From contig DYKO01000010.1 in assembly GCA_020722565.1 (NCBI GenBank), forward strand, positions 42,673-106,672: a stretch of 64,000 nucleotides of DNA, read 5' to 3'. The first letter of the stretch is position 1; each line of letters opens with the position of its first letter. The position numbers were made by a program, and so were the translations under genes. Positions 9,101 to 21,300 of this stretch are shown piece by piece. Under the pieces are notes generated by a model. The model was not told the origin of the DNA. It saw only the letters and a list, made by a program, of their open reading frames with translations, and did not search any database. The stretch is from Rikenella microfusus (GTDB taxonomy: Bacteria; Bacteroidota; Bacteroidia; Bacteroidales; Tenuifilaceae).

Positions 9101-9535
9101 TTAATACTTGTTAAATATGCTACGTAAACCAGTATACAACAATAAAAGAAAAGCCAAACCAAATAACAAATATGTTGCGATTAATCCGGTATCACTAACA
9201 ACAAGTATTGTTGGATTAGAGAGATCTGGATTTTGAGTTGGAGAAGGCAGCGCAGTTGCATCGGAAGCAAGATAACCAATAAGGAAAACTAATGCAATAG
9301 CACCAAGTCCAATAAAAGACCTAACGGCATTCTTGGGGTTTCTAATAAAATTTATGATTGGAAATAGTAAAGCGGAAAGAACAGATATTCCAAAAAGAAA
9401 GTATGTCCAAACAATAAATGACTGAAGAGAGTCAACATTCTGATCGCTCAGGAAAAACAGAACGGTGATTATAATAGAAACACCCATTAATAGCCACGAT
9501 AAAACCTTAGTATAGGTTGATAATCTGCTATTCAT
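9101..9535 (-). CDS. Small integral membrane protein (about 4 TM) in the exbB-exbD operon
   Basis: 144 aa with four hydrophobic segments; 6-bp gap to exbB. Confidence 0.75.
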   Translation of the reverse strand: MNSRLSTYTKVLSWLLMGVSIIITVLFFLSDQNVDSLQSFIVWTYFLFGISVLSALLFPIINFIRNPKNAVRSFIGLGAIALVFLIGYLASDATALPSPTQNPDLSNPTILVVSDTGLIATYLLFGLAFLLLLYTGLRSIFNKY

Positions 9536-9541
9536 GGCTAA

Positions 9542-10360
9542 TTATTTTTTAAGATTAAATTTAACAAGAAGATCAAGAAGACTTACTGAAGCATCTTCCA
9601 TTTCGTTGGTAATGCTATCTATCTTTGAAAGAAGGTAGTTATAGAACAACTGAAGAATAATAGCAACAACAAGGCCGAATACTGTAGTAATAAGAGCCAC
9701 CTTGATACCACCAGCAACAAGTGACGGAGATATGTCACCAGCAGCCTGAATAGCATCGAAAGCTTGGATCATACCGATAACAGTACCCATAAACCCTAAC
9801 ATAGGAGCAACCGCAATGAAAAGTGAAATCCAAGTTAGACCCTTTTCAAGTTGGCCCATCATAACCGAACCATAGGTAACAATAGATTTCTCAACAACAT
9901 CAATACCTTCATGAGTGCGATCAAGTCCTTGATAGAAGATACTAGCAACTGGACCACGGGTATTTCGGCATACCTCTTTAGCTGCTTCAACCCCACCCTT
10001 TTGAAGAGCAACTTCAATGTTGGAAAGAAGCTTCTTGGTGTTAGTTGTTGAAAGATTTAAGTAAATGATACGTTCAATTACAATAGCCAAACCAAAAATC
10101 AATGTTAAAAGGATAGATGACATAAATCCAGGACCACCCTCAATGAACTTGGTCTTAATGGCTTTGTGTAGAGACTCTTCTTCAACAACTAGTGCAACTG
10201 CTTCGGTTTGGGCTGCAGAATCTTGTTGAACTGCAAGAGTATCTTGCTGTACTAGAGCAGTATCAGGAGCTGTATTATTACCCTCCTGAGCGCTTACAAA
10301 TGATGATGCTCCAAATGTGAGCATACCCAGAACTGCTGCTAATGTAAATAGCTTTTTCAT
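9542..10360 (-). CDS. exbB: MotA/TolQ/ExbB proton channel protein
   Basis: 'APMLGFMGTVIGMIQAF' and 'VAGGIKVALITTVFGLVVAI' motifs, with an N-terminal signal-like extension. Confidence 0.92.
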   Translation of the reverse strand: MKKLFTLAAVLGMLTFGASSFVSAQEGNNTAPDTALVQQDTLAVQQDSAAQTEAVALVVEEESLHKAIKTKFIEGGPGFMSSILLTLIFGLAIVIERIIYLNLSTTNTKKLLSNIEVALQKGGVEAAKEVCRNTRGPVASIFYQGLDRTHEGIDVVEKSIVTYGSVMMGQLEKGLTWISLFIAVAPMLGFMGTVIGMIQAFDAIQAAGDISPSLVAGGIKVALITTVFGLVVAIILQLFYNYLLSKIDSITNEMEDASVSLLDLLVKFNLKK

Positions 10361-10428
10361 GGTTTGTTTGTCGTTTAATTATTACTAATGGTTGTTAATT
10401 CATAAAATTATTTGTTTAACAAAATTTG

Positions 10429-10516
10429 CGGAGAGAGAGGGATTCGAACCCTCGATACGCTTTTGGCGTATACACGCTCTCCAGGCGTGCGCCTTAGACC
10501 ACTCGGCCATCTCTCC
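10429..10516 (-). tRNA. tRNA-Ser(GGA)
   Basis: Minus strand GGAGAGATGGCCGAGTGGTCTAAGGCGCACGCCTGGAGAGCGTG...GGTTCGAATCCCTCTCTCTCCG. Anticodon arm CACGC-CT-GGA-GA-GCGTG, long variable arm, CCA not encoded. Confidence 0.95.
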
Positions 10517-10590
10517 AAAGTTAAAAAACTAAAAAAAAGTAAGTTCAAACCGTGCGCAAATTACAAAAAAAATATTGAAAAAAACAATGA

Positions 10591-11628
10591 TTATTTAACA
10601 GTAATTTCGCCAGCAATTGATTTTGTTAATTCCTCAGCTAATTGCTTTCCGTAATATCCCTTTCCCATCAAAAACATAAGTTTAGCCACCGCTGCTTCAA
10701 ATGTGATATCGGAACCACTTACCACACCTAAACGTTTAAGCACCAAACCATTCTCATACTTATCCATATCAACTCTGCCTGCTTTGCACTGTGTAACGTT
10801 GAAAATAACCAAATTTTTATTTACTGCCTCTTGAATTAAATCCAAAAACCAACGTTGCGTAAGCGCATTTCCTGAGCCATAGGTCTCAAGTATAACTGCC
10901 TTAACATTTGGTGCTTTAAGTATACTGGAAACCACATTGGGTGTTATTCCGGGAAAAAGTTTTAGTACAGCAAGAGAAGTATCCATTTTGGTGTGGATAA
11001 CCAGCGGCTGTGGTTCAGTAGGATAATGAATAAACGGAAAATTGTACTTAATAAAAATTCCTGCCTCAGCTAAAAATGGATAATTATTGGATCGAAAGGC
11101 GTTAAAATGCTCAGAGTTGTGCTTAGTTGTTCTGTTTCCCCTGTATAGACGATTCTCAAAGAAAATACTAACCTCAGAAACCATTGCCTGCCCGTTATGT
11201 TGCGCAGCTGCAATTTCAATGGCACTAATCAGGTTTTCTTTCCCATCGGTGCGAAGCATTCCAATTGGGAGCTGCGATCCGGTTAGTACAACAGGCTTTG
11301 CTAAGCCCTCGAGCATAAAGCTCAATGCTGAAGCTGTAAACGACATGGTATCGGTCCCGTGCAGAATAACAAATCCATCAAACTTGTGATAGTTTTCGTA
11401 AATCAATTGGGCAAGGTTTGCCCAGAATTCTGGTGTTATATCCGATGAATCAATGGGCGGATCAAACGAATAGGTTTGTAACCTATAACCAAACTTTTTA
11501 AGTTCAGGAACCTCCTGCTCAATTTGCTCGAAGTTGAAGGGCATAAGTGCGCCGGTTTCGGGGTTCTGCTTCATTCCAATGGTTCCGCCAGTATATATGA
11601 TCAATATTGAAATACTCTCCGATTTCAT
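10591..11628 (-). CDS. ansA: Type I L-asparaginase
   Basis: 'IIYTGGTIGM' and 'ILHGTDTM' catalytic Thr motifs; 'LTGSQLP'. Confidence 0.92.
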   Translation of the reverse strand: MKSESISILIIYTGGTIGMKQNPETGALMPFNFEQIEQEVPELKKFGYRLQTYSFDPPIDSSDITPEFWANLAQLIYENYHKFDGFVILHGTDTMSFTASALSFMLEGLAKPVVLTGSQLPIGMLRTDGKENLISAIEIAAAQHNGQAMVSEVSIFFENRLYRGNRTTKHNSEHFNAFRSNNYPFLAEAGIFIKYNFPFIHYPTEPQPLVIHTKMDTSLAVLKLFPGITPNVVSSILKAPNVKAVILETYGSGNALTQRWFLDLIQEAVNKNLVIFNVTQCKAGRVDMDKYENGLVLKRLGVVSGSDITFEAAVAKLMFLMGKGYYGKQLAEELTKSIAGEITVK

Positions 11629-12401
11629 TCAACAGGTAATTTGAAAAGTTTAACAGCGTTTTTTGTAGTTTGTTGAGCCACTTCTAAAACCGATACGCCC
11701 AAAACCTCGGCAACCTTAATGGCAATGTAGGTCAGATTATAGCTTTCGTTTCGTCTGCCCCTCACGGGTACCGGAGAAAGGAAAGGCGAGTCGGTTTCCA
11801 AAAGGATATGTTCAGGATTGATATGCTGAAGAATAGTGCTTACCCCTCCATTTTTGTAGGTAACAATACCGCCAATACCCACATAAAAATGTTGGTAACC
11901 GGCAATATGTTTATAATCGTCTATGTTGCCGGTGAAACTATGAAAAACGCCAAAAAGCGTTGAGTCGATCTCTTGATCTAGTATCTCAAATATTTCATTA
12001 AACGAGTTGCGTGCATGAATCACTAAGGGGAGATGAAATTTTTTTGCCAGATTAAGTTGATACCTAAAGGCTTCCTGCTGTTGGTGTAGATATGTTTTAT
12101 CCCAGTACAAGTCGATTCCAATTTCTCCAATACCATAAAACTTATTAGTGGCCAGCATTTGCTCCACGTGGTCAATTTCGGATTCAAATCCAATTTTTAC
12201 AGAAGTTGGATGCAACCCCATTAATGGGAAACATTGGGGGAACTCCCTGCAAACGTCCATGAGCTTTTCAGTAGTACTTGAGTCGATATTTGGTAATACA
12301 TGATACCTAATTCCAGCCTCAAAAGCCCTGTTTAAAACCTGGGCACGATCAGTATCAAACTCCTCCGAAAATATATGTGAATGTGTGTCAATCAGCATCA
12401 C
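11625..12401 (-). CDS. tatD: TatD family DNase
   Basis: DTHSH, GEIG, IHAR, FHSF and LETDSP motifs. Confidence 0.92.
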   Translation of the reverse strand: MMLIDTHSHIFSEEFDTDRAQVLNRAFEAGIRYHVLPNIDSSTTEKLMDVCREFPQCFPLMGLHPTSVKIGFESEIDHVEQMLATNKFYGIGEIGIDLYWDKTYLHQQQEAFRYQLNLAKKFHLPLVIHARNSFNEIFEILDQEIDSTLFGVFHSFTGNIDDYKHIAGYQHFYVGIGGIVTYKNGGVSTILQHINPEHILLETDSPFLSPVPVRGRRNESYNLTYIAIKVAEVLGVSVLEVAQQTTKNAVKLFKLPVE

Positions 12402-12413
12402 TGGAAAAGTTTT

Positions 12414-13682
12414 CTACTTTTGACTGATAACAGCTCCGCCACTTGTAAATTGGAGATTATCCAACTCATTTTTATATTTTGATGCTAACTCTTTAAAAGC
12501 GTCGATATTTTCTGGCTTAATGGGTTCAACCGATGGGGCTTTAACCTTAAGGGGATCTACCGGATGGCCGTTCATCCAGAAGCGAAGATCAAGATGGGGG
12601 CCGGTAGCATAACCGGTGCTGCCCACATAACCAATAATATCGCCCTGCTTTACCCTAACCCCTTTGGCCAGTCCCTTGCCAAAGCGGGAAAAATGATTGT
12701 ATCCGGTTGTATAAACGCTATTGTGACGAATTTTAACATAGTTTCCTGCAGCATGATTGTAGCCCATATCAATAATAACACCATCGCCAAGAGCCATAAC
12801 GGGAGTTCCCGCAGGAGCAGCATAATCGACACCGGTATGGGGGCGGTAGATCTTTAAAACTGGGTGCAACCTACGGCCACTGAATCGGCTCGATATTCTC
12901 GAAAACCTTAATGGCGCCTTGAGGAACGATTTTCGCAATGAGTTGCCCTTCTCGTCAAAGTAGCTGTAAACCGAATCCTGACAGAAACGGAAAGCATAGA
13001 AGCGCTCTCCCCTATGCTCGAACCAGGCTGAGTAGATTGTGCCAATCCCAACTGAGGTGCTATCGACATGTAGCTCATCGTAAACCACCCTGAACCTATC
13101 TCCCTTAAATAAGCCAAAGAAATCGACTGACCATGCAAAAATATCGGAGAGATCGAGTGCCAGTACCGGATTAAGTCCTTTCTCTTTCATGGCAACCCAA
13201 AGCGATTGCTCAATGGTTGCCTCAGCAACCTTCCGAACGGGAACAATTTCCTTTTTATAGGTTGAAACGGTAAACGAATCGAGCAAGTTGAAAACATAGT
13301 ATTCGGTAGGAGAAAACTCGTAAACCAGGTATGCCGGAGTTTGCAGGGTATCCTTTGTATAAAAAATCTTATAGCGGGCTCCTGATTTAACCTTTCGAAC
13401 ATCGAAAACATTAGGTGATAAATTTTGGAAAAACTGGGCAATATTTCCAGGAACATTTAGTGAAAATAGTATCTTCCCCAAAGTCTGTCCCGACTTAATG
13501 AAATTTTCTTGTATATAAAATGAATCAACCGAAATACCGTACTCCAGAAGTGGTTTTGCTTCCTCAACAAACTCAGACTTGATCACTTTGATCTTAGTAA
13601 AATCTGTAACTCCAATAAAATAATCAACCGCAAAAACCGAAGCTACTGTTAATATGGCTATTGGAAGGACTTTCTTAATCAT
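12414..13682 (-). CDS. M23 family peptidoglycan endopeptidase (MepM-like)
   Basis: 'HTGVDYAAP' (HxxxD) and 'TGPHLD' (HxH-type) motifs with an N-terminal TM. Likely start ATG 13682 (MIKKVLP); the ORF track extends to 13796. Confidence 0.88.
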   Translation of the reverse strand: MIKKVLPIAILTVASVFAVDYFIGVTDFTKIKVIKSEFVEEAKPLLEYGISVDSFYIQENFIKSGQTLGKILFSLNVPGNIAQFFQNLSPNVFDVRKVKSGARYKIFYTKDTLQTPAYLVYEFSPTEYYVFNLLDSFTVSTYKKEIVPVRKVAEATIEQSLWVAMKEKGLNPVLALDLSDIFAWSVDFFGLFKGDRFRVVYDELHVDSTSVGIGTIYSAWFEHRGERFYAFRFCQDSVYSYFDEKGNSLRKSFLKAPLRFSRISSRFSGRRLHPVLKIYRPHTGVDYAAPAGTPVMALGDGVIIDMGYNHAAGNYVKIRHNSVYTTGYNHFSRFGKGLAKGVRVKQGDIIGYVGSTGYATGPHLDLRFWMNGHPVDPLKVKAPSVEPIKPENIDAFKELASKYKNELDNLQFTSGGAVISQK

Positions 13683-13781
13683 TTTAGTTAGAAATTTAGT
13701 TGCAAAGCTATCAAAAAAGAATGGAAAGCCATTAGCATTTTCCCAATTTAATGTAGGTTTGCAAAAAATTGATACAGGAGT

Positions 13782-14828
13782 ATGAGCAAGGAACAAAAAC
13801 GTACCGAACTATACGAGTTGGGCGAGTTCCGCTTAATTGAGCGCTTAATAGGAAGTTTTGATGCTTCACAAAAGGATACCATTAAGGGTGTAGGCGACGA
13901 TGCTGCGGTTATATCATGTGGAAATAGTGATTGTATGGTTGTTACAACCGATCTGCTGCTCGAGGGTATTCATTTCGATTTAACCTATTTCCCATTAAAA
14001 CACCTGGGTTACAAATCGGTGGTGGTTAATCTGAGCGATATATACGCCATGAATGCCAAACCCGGTCAGATTACTGTTTCCATAGGCGTTTCAAAACGCT
14101 TTAGCGTTGAGGAACTTGATGAGTTGTATGCAGGAATAAAACTGGCGTGCGAACGGTATGGGGTTGATTTGGTTGGTGGCGATACCTCATCATCGATGAC
14201 TGGGCTAACCATTAGCGTTACCGCTATTGGCAGAGCAAAAGCAGATGAGATTGTTTACCGAAGCGGAGCCAAAATAAACGATTTGATTTGCGTTACCGGT
14301 AATCTTGGCGCAGCCTACATGGGGCTTCAGCTATTGGAACGGGAAAAACGAATATTTCAGTCGAACAACGCAGCACAACCTAAGTTGGAAGGGTACGATT
14401 ACATACTGGAGCGCATACTTAAGCCCGAGGCCCGCGCCGGCGTTATTGACAAGATAAGGGAATTAGGGGTAAAACCCACCTCAATGATTGACATCTCCGA
14501 TGGTCTCTCATCGGAACTGCTTCACATCTGTAAAAACTCTAATGTGGGCTGCAGGATTTATATGGAAAAAATCCCTATTGATGAGCAAACAGCAAAGATG
14601 GCTTCAGAATTTAACATTGAACCTATTGTTGCAGCCCTAAATGGAGGAGAGGATTACGAACTGCTTTTTACCGTGCCTTTATCTGGTTTTCAAGCTATTG
14701 ATGGGTTGGATGGAGTTCATATAATTGGGCATGTAGTAGATGCCATGTTGGGAGCCTATTTGGTGCCGCCCACTGGCGAAGATATACAAATTACAGCACA
14801 GGGTTGGAATGCCCTAAGAAAAGAATGA
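13782..14828 (+). CDS. thiL: Thiamine-monophosphate kinase
   Basis: 'GVGDDAAV', 'NLSDIYAMNA', 'GGDTS', 'IDISDGL' and 'GGEDYELLF'. Confidence 0.95.
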   Translation: MSKEQKRTELYELGEFRLIERLIGSFDASQKDTIKGVGDDAAVISCGNSDCMVVTTDLLLEGIHFDLTYFPLKHLGYKSVVVNLSDIYAMNAKPGQITVSIGVSKRFSVEELDELYAGIKLACERYGVDLVGGDTSSSMTGLTISVTAIGRAKADEIVYRSGAKINDLICVTGNLGAAYMGLQLLEREKRIFQSNNAAQPKLEGYDYILERILKPEARAGVIDKIRELGVKPTSMIDISDGLSSELLHICKNSNVGCRIYMEKIPIDEQTAKMASEFNIEPIVAALNGGEDYELLFTVPLSGFQAIDGLDGVHIIGHVVDAMLGAYLVPPTGEDIQITAQGWNALRKE

Positions 14829-14836
14829 TACCTAGT

Positions 14837-14862
14837 AAAAACCCCGCTATCGCGGGGTTTTT
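14837..14862. terminator. Bidirectional terminator between thiL and gcvH
   Basis: aaaaaccccgc-tatc-gcggggttttt between convergent genes. Confidence 0.85.
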
Positions 14863-14865
14863 AAA

Positions 14866-15249
14866 TTACTCGTTGGTAATTTCTTTGTACTGATCGGCGC
14901 TGAGCAAATCGTTAAGTTCTGCGGGATTGGTCATTTTAACTTTAATCATCCAACCCTCACCATATGGATCCTTGTTAACAATATCAGGTTGCTCAGTAAC
15001 CTTGGGGTTTACCTCAATAACCTCGCCGCTAGCAGGCATAAACATATCCGATACGGTTTTTACAGCTTCGATGGTGCCAAAAACTTCCTCCTTGGCTAAG
15101 GTTTCACCCTGTGTTTCGATTTCAACAAATACGATATCGCCCAGTTGGCTTTGGGCAAAATCGGTAACGCCAACGGTAGCCATACCGTTTCCTTCATCCT
15201 TTATCCACTCGTGATCCTTGGTGTACTTTAGATTCGACGGAACATTCAT
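14866..15249 (-). CDS. gcvH: Glycine cleavage system H protein
   Basis: 'YTKDHEW', lipoyl-Lys motif 'EAVKTVS' and 'NKDPYGEGW'. Confidence 0.96.
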   Translation of the reverse strand: MNVPSNLKYTKDHEWIKDEGNGMATVGVTDFAQSQLGDIVFVEIETQGETLAKEEVFGTIEAVKTVSDMFMPASGEVIEVNPKVTEQPDIVNKDPYGEGWMIKVKMTNPAELNDLLSADQYKEITNE

Positions 15250-15366
15250 AATATTTTTGTTTAGTGTTAGTACATTGGTTTATTTAGTTTTCAAAAGTAG
15301 TGAATTTTAGAATAAGAAAATCATTAAAAATTTATTTTTTAAAAACCTTAAGATTTGTTGGGCAGG

Positions 15367-18300
15367 TTACTTAACCAACTCAAACCTCACGCTAAAACCA
15401 AAGTTGGAGTTGGTGGTTCTAAAGGTTCTGGAAACCTTGGGATTATTTAGAGTTCTGTCGAAGAATAATCTGATGGTAACCTGCTCGTTTATTCTGTAGT
15501 CGGCAGATGTTTTAATAGTGCTTATTAACTGACCGGCAATAACATCGTTGGAATCCTCAACTAATTTACGAAGCACTGTGGTGTTATCGCGCAGCGAAAA
15601 GTCGAGGGTAAGCCTTAAATCGCTTTTCATGGCTTTTTTCCCGCCATCCTCGGCTTGAAAAATTAGAGGTAGGTCTTCAAATCGATAACCAGCCCCAATA
15701 ATGTACTCACTGGTATAAATTTCGGTAAGCTGGTTATTGGCAAAACTCATGGCCAACGAACGGCTGTTCTTAAGTTCCAGTCGAGTGGTAAGATTGTTCT
15801 GCCACCCCATGTCAAGCCCTACCAGAGGAGTAAACATCTCATTAATGGCAACATTGGTAATTTCATTTTGCGGAATAAAATCGTTATTAATGTTGCGAAC
15901 GTAGCTGAAGCCATCATCCTCTGGCTGATAGGAAAGGTTTGTGATAAACGCCCCAATGGTGTAAACTGAGCGATATCCATGGTTAATGGTAATGGATTTG
16001 AACCAATGCTTGAATGGTTTCATCTTGGCTAATCCATCGTAGGTAAGCTGCCAGTTGGGCATGGGGACCAATGGGAAATCGCGAAGCGAAACTTTGTTGG
16101 GCGAGGTATTGGTGTAGGCAGCTAGAAACGATGCCTTCAGTACATCTTGCGATAGAGGACTGTACCCATCGGGAAATCCGGTTAGGGAATCAACTACTGA
16201 GGGATCGTAACCCTGTGATGGATTGGGTACCCGTAAATCGCGTAACCTATTGGCAATTATTAAACGATTTTGCTTCATTTGCTCAAAAGTTTTGGAGCTT
16301 CCCGAACGTTTTTTGCCTTCAAAAGTTGTACCTATGGTAATTACACTAATACTGAAGTTCCCTATGGTTAACGGGCTTAATATTCTATACGATCCCAACT
16401 GATCAGCCTTAAAAATTTTGCTGTTGCTCTTGCCAAAAGTGCGGGTTGCGGTAACATCGAAGCGGAAGCCCGGAAGCGGTTCAATTGAAGCGCGGAAGTT
16501 GAGATTTTCATTACGGGTAAATACGACTGGCGTATTAAAAGATGTATCACGGGTTAGCCAGCCATTTGTAGCCGCTTTCCATGCAAACTCTGGATCCTGC
16601 CATCCTGAAACAAATTCCCAACCCGGAGCCAATAGCCCATTAATATTTTCATTTCCAAAGTAATTTACGCCGGGTTTATATCCAGGGAGCAATGTGCCAT
16701 TTGTTTCGGTGTAGGAAACGCCAATACTTTTCAAACTCATTAAAAGACGAAGCGTTGTTTCCATTGCAAATTTGGCTGGGTTTATCTTATCGGGAACCTT
16801 ACCCTCAACCACTACCCTACAGCCTTTATAATCCTTATCCGATTTAATAGCGACCTTTGTATCGCCACGAATCTGAGTGGTTACCTTTATCTCTTTCCCC
16901 TCCTGATTATAAACCTTAACGGTAACCCTATCGGTTTTAAGTTTGTGGGTTATAATTTTGGTTGCATTTTCGCGTAGGTTAACTTTATCTTCCTTATACT
17001 TAACCGTACGGGTTTGAGGTGCCGCGCCTCGGGCTCGTTGGTCAAACTGCTGATTAACCCGTTTAAGGTAACCCACCTTATTAAATAAGGTGTTGATATT
17101 GATCTGTCCGTTTAGCTGAATGGTATTGGAATTCTGAATGGTATTACCAGGGTCGAATCGGGATGTATCGGCCAATATGGGGCCGGCCTGCCAAAGGTAT
17201 AAACCTGAATACCTTGTGGTAACATTTACCCAATTTAGGAGTGGTACTTTACTTAAAGGTAATGAGTAGGTTATGTTAAACTGATGATTGTACATGGTAT
17301 TACGGCCCCCCCTAAGTATGTTCTGCCATACGGAATCCTTCCATTGCTCATAACGATCCCTATCGCGGTATCGGTCAACCATTCCCTCAGGCTCATCAAT
17401 TCTGGCGGTTGAAGTGGCAGTAAAATCAAACTTAATAGACTGGGTGATGTCCCAGTTAAGGACATAATTCCTGTTCCACATAAAATCCTTAGAAAAGGTA
17501 GGTGAAAAAACCTGATTGGGATTGGCAATGTTACGGAACTGCTGCTCATAGTAATTCCTGTTCATGTCGGTACGAAACGATAGCTGCGTTGGGAAAAGGT
17601 TAAAATTGAAATCGCGTATAAGGCTTAGGTAGCTGGAACTCAAGAATTTTAGTTTCCCAAATGGGGTAATATACTTTGGCTGTCGGTTATAGTTATAGGT
17701 AAAAGCACCCCTTATGTTTCGTTGAATTCTATGGTCGAGCCTGATATTACGGGAGAAAACCTCGCTGTAGGCATAACTTATAGAAAAATTAGAAATATCC
17801 CACAACCTTGGCTTCGAGCCCATTTTATCAATTTTGACATTTGTAAAGTTTATACTGCGCCGTCGGGTGTAATCCTGTGCAATACGTTTGAGTGAATCGC
17901 GCTCGCGCGAAGTGGCATTCCGCAATGCATCAGCCATAAGAATATCAGGTTCGAGGGGATTGTATTGCGGATTGGACATGGTTTTACCAAAACCAATGAA
18001 CAAGGGTATCTTGATGTTCAACGATTTTGGGAAGAATTTTCCTAGTTCAAGTGTTGAATTTACATCGTACTGGTAAACCGTTTCCTTGCTGCGCTCATTC
18101 ACCTTTTTTTCAATGGAACCGAAACCCGGAGTAATAGTGGTACCGGCAACGGTAACCATACCCAAATCGGCCAATTTGGCCGACATACGGGCATTTGCTG
18201 CCCAACCGCTTTGATCGTTGAAGTTTGTTAAACGAAACTCGTTAAACCAAACCACCACCGACTTAGGCATCCGATCGTTAACAGGATTACGAATACCCAA

Positions 18301-21300
18301 CATTACAACCTTAACATTACTGAGATTGGGATTACCAGTTACCTTTATTTTTCGGTTGCCATCCATGGTTTCATAAATGGTGCTTAGGGTAATCAATGAG
18401 CCAGGTTTCTGCATGGCATTATTCCTGGCTACTTTAAGTTCAACCAGCTTCTCAAGATCGATATCAATAGCATTCTCCCTCGGCCAAACAATTTCCCTAT
18501 CTCGCTCTCGGTTGTTGTAGTAAAAACCATAAGGTGTGAGCTTTAGGGGAACCTCAAACTCATAGTAATTGGAGTTATAATCGGTACCCAAACGGATAAA
18601 GGCGGTAACCTCGTAATCGTTTAAGGGATAGCCCTCAATAGCCTCAGCATGGATATCCATTTTCAACCGTTTGTACTGACGAACATCGATATTGACATTC
18701 TTGAATGCTGCCCGGGCATCGCCATCGGCCAAATCAACATTTCTGTACTCCATGGACTGCTCATTCAGCTGTATTAGCTGGGGCTGGCTTGGGTCAACAA
18801 CACGGTCAACACCCGGGGGTAAAACATAGTTTACGGGGGTCCGCTTATCGTTTTCTTCGATATTAACAGTTGATATTGCAAGGCTACCCAACGGTAAATC
18901 GCTAACAGGCATACCCTCTTGTCCCTGAATTAACGAGTAGTTATACTTGCGCCATTCACTCCTAACCAGTTCAAGCGTTGCAAAACGCAAAATGACAGTA
19001 TCCTCAAATCCCCTTAAGAACATTCTAATAAAGCGAATGGATTTAAAATCCTCAATAGGTCCAACAACCCTTTCGTACTCAGAAATCGGAATCTTAAACT
19101 GGTACCACTTTACCTGTTTATTCTTGAGCTTGTCCTTTTCACCCAGAATAACATTGGTAATAAAGTTTCGGCCTACTACCATGTCCTGAGGTCGAAGCGC
19201 GATACGGTACTGATAGTATGCTTCATTTTCGTTCATGGTATTATCTGTACCCAGTTCCTCAACATCGGGGGTTGAGTAGCTCTGCTGCGAGGTTGTTTGA
19301 GTGGCGACCGGTGAGTTATTCTCGGTACCGTTAAAATACTTATACCTATCGAGAATAGAAGCCCGTTGCTGATCATAAAAACCATCGAGGTAATGCCTGA
19401 AGTTGTCGCCCGAAGGGTCACTCTCAAAGCCGGCCAAAATATTGTTGTCGGTAATTCTATTTCGCAGCTGATTGATGTATTCGGCAAAAAATGAAACCTC
19501 ATCGGGCAACCCGTCACCAACCAAATCGATTAATGATGATAAACCATCAAGCCCAACATCCTGAAAGGGGCGTTTACCGGGATCGTTATCGAACCCAACG
19601 GGTAGGTACTGCTTTGTAGGCACTCGCCCCCATGCGGTTGTATCGGTTTTGTCCAGGTCTTCAACCGAAGTGGGCAGCCCATTCTCAAACGATTTACGAC
19701 CATCCCTAAGTATATCCTCCGAAATGTTTCCAAGGTTGATATAGAAATCCCCTCCCGTGTGAGTAGAGTCGTAAACAAAGGGATCCATAAGCCAAAACTC
19801 GATGTACTCAATATTTGATGCTTCAAAATCGGTAGTACTGAGGTTTCGCATAATACCGCCCCAACTGTGTTGGGGATTAATTAGCTTACCATTGGCATCA
19901 ATATCGTTGAAGTTATAGTTGAATTGTCCGCGCTCGCGGGGATAGAAAGCCAAGTTAAGTACGGCAATATTTGTGGGCTGACCCTGTGGGGTATTTTTGT
20001 TTGGAAAGAGTTCGCGCTCAAAAATTTCCCTCACAAAATGGTTCCCCTGTAGCTCCTTGTTGTTACGAATGTACGATGGGGTAAGCGAAGTATTCCTAAG
20101 AAAAAGAGGATCGATATAATACCATGCCAAATGGGCACGATTATATCCAAACTGCAAATTGTTAGAAACCGAAGCCTCCGGGAAAAGGGCAGATTGCCCC
20201 TGAGGGGTACTAGCTAACTTCCAATCAATCCATGAGCGCAAATCGAGCCTGGTGCTGCTTCCCTCAAAATCGTCAAGGTAAACGGTTCCAGCCTTTCCAA
20301 TAGCTCGGGAATGCCCTGGGTATAGCTGAGCAAATTCGGCATCAATGGTTATTGTTGATTTCTCCTTGGTTTGAATAAATGGCAACCAATCAACCATTTT
20401 GGTAAGAAGCTTCGATTCGGTTTGATAGGATGTGTTTAAGCCCCAAATGGTATTCGATATGGCCTCGTTACCGAAGTTGACCTTCTGGGTTAGAGGCCTT
20501 TCGGTAAGATTGATAACAGTTGCTCCCACCTGAAAGTTATCGGAAAAGCGGTAATCGAAATGGGACCCCACAAGTGTTTTGGTTTGCATGCTGAAAAGAG
20601 CGTTGCTCTCCACCGCAACCCGAATTGGAGTCCCTGATTCCAGCAATCCCTGGTTGATAATTCGAACCGTCCCCAAATTGTAATCGACAATGAAATCAAC
20701 ATCCTCCTGTAACTTGGCGCCACCTGCTGTAACCACAACTGCCCCTTTGGGAATATTGGGGGCATTCAGGAAAATTTCGGAACCCCCAGTTGATTTGTAC
20801 GATCCTCCTATAATAAACTTATTCTTATCGGCAATTTGCCGGGCCTTGGTGAGAGTTGAGTCGTACAATTCCTGGAAAACATACTTTTGAGCAATAACAG
20901 GATCTCCAATCCTAGCTGCTAGGTCTCTTCCAAAGGGTTCAAGAAGAGGAAAAATGATTTTTCCATTGGCTGGATTAATGGTAGTTCCCTCTATAAAGTC
21001 GAAAACACCATCGGGAAAAGCATCGAGCTGATTATTCAGGTTATCTAAATTGAGAACCCTAATTAGTGGTATGTTAGCTAAATTTCCTTCATTCAAAAAG
21101 TTGATTGGGGTACCGGTAGCGTCATCCTGGTAAAAAATGTCAAGCCTAAAATCGTCCTTACTAATCTGGAAGGCGTTCATGGAATAAATATTCTTCATCA
21201 TCAACCGCCATGTGGGCATTTTAGGGCTAAGATTGGTGCCTTTTAACAACTTAAGGATTAGTGCATTAGGTGCTTCAACTCCATCGGTTGAGAATTCGCC

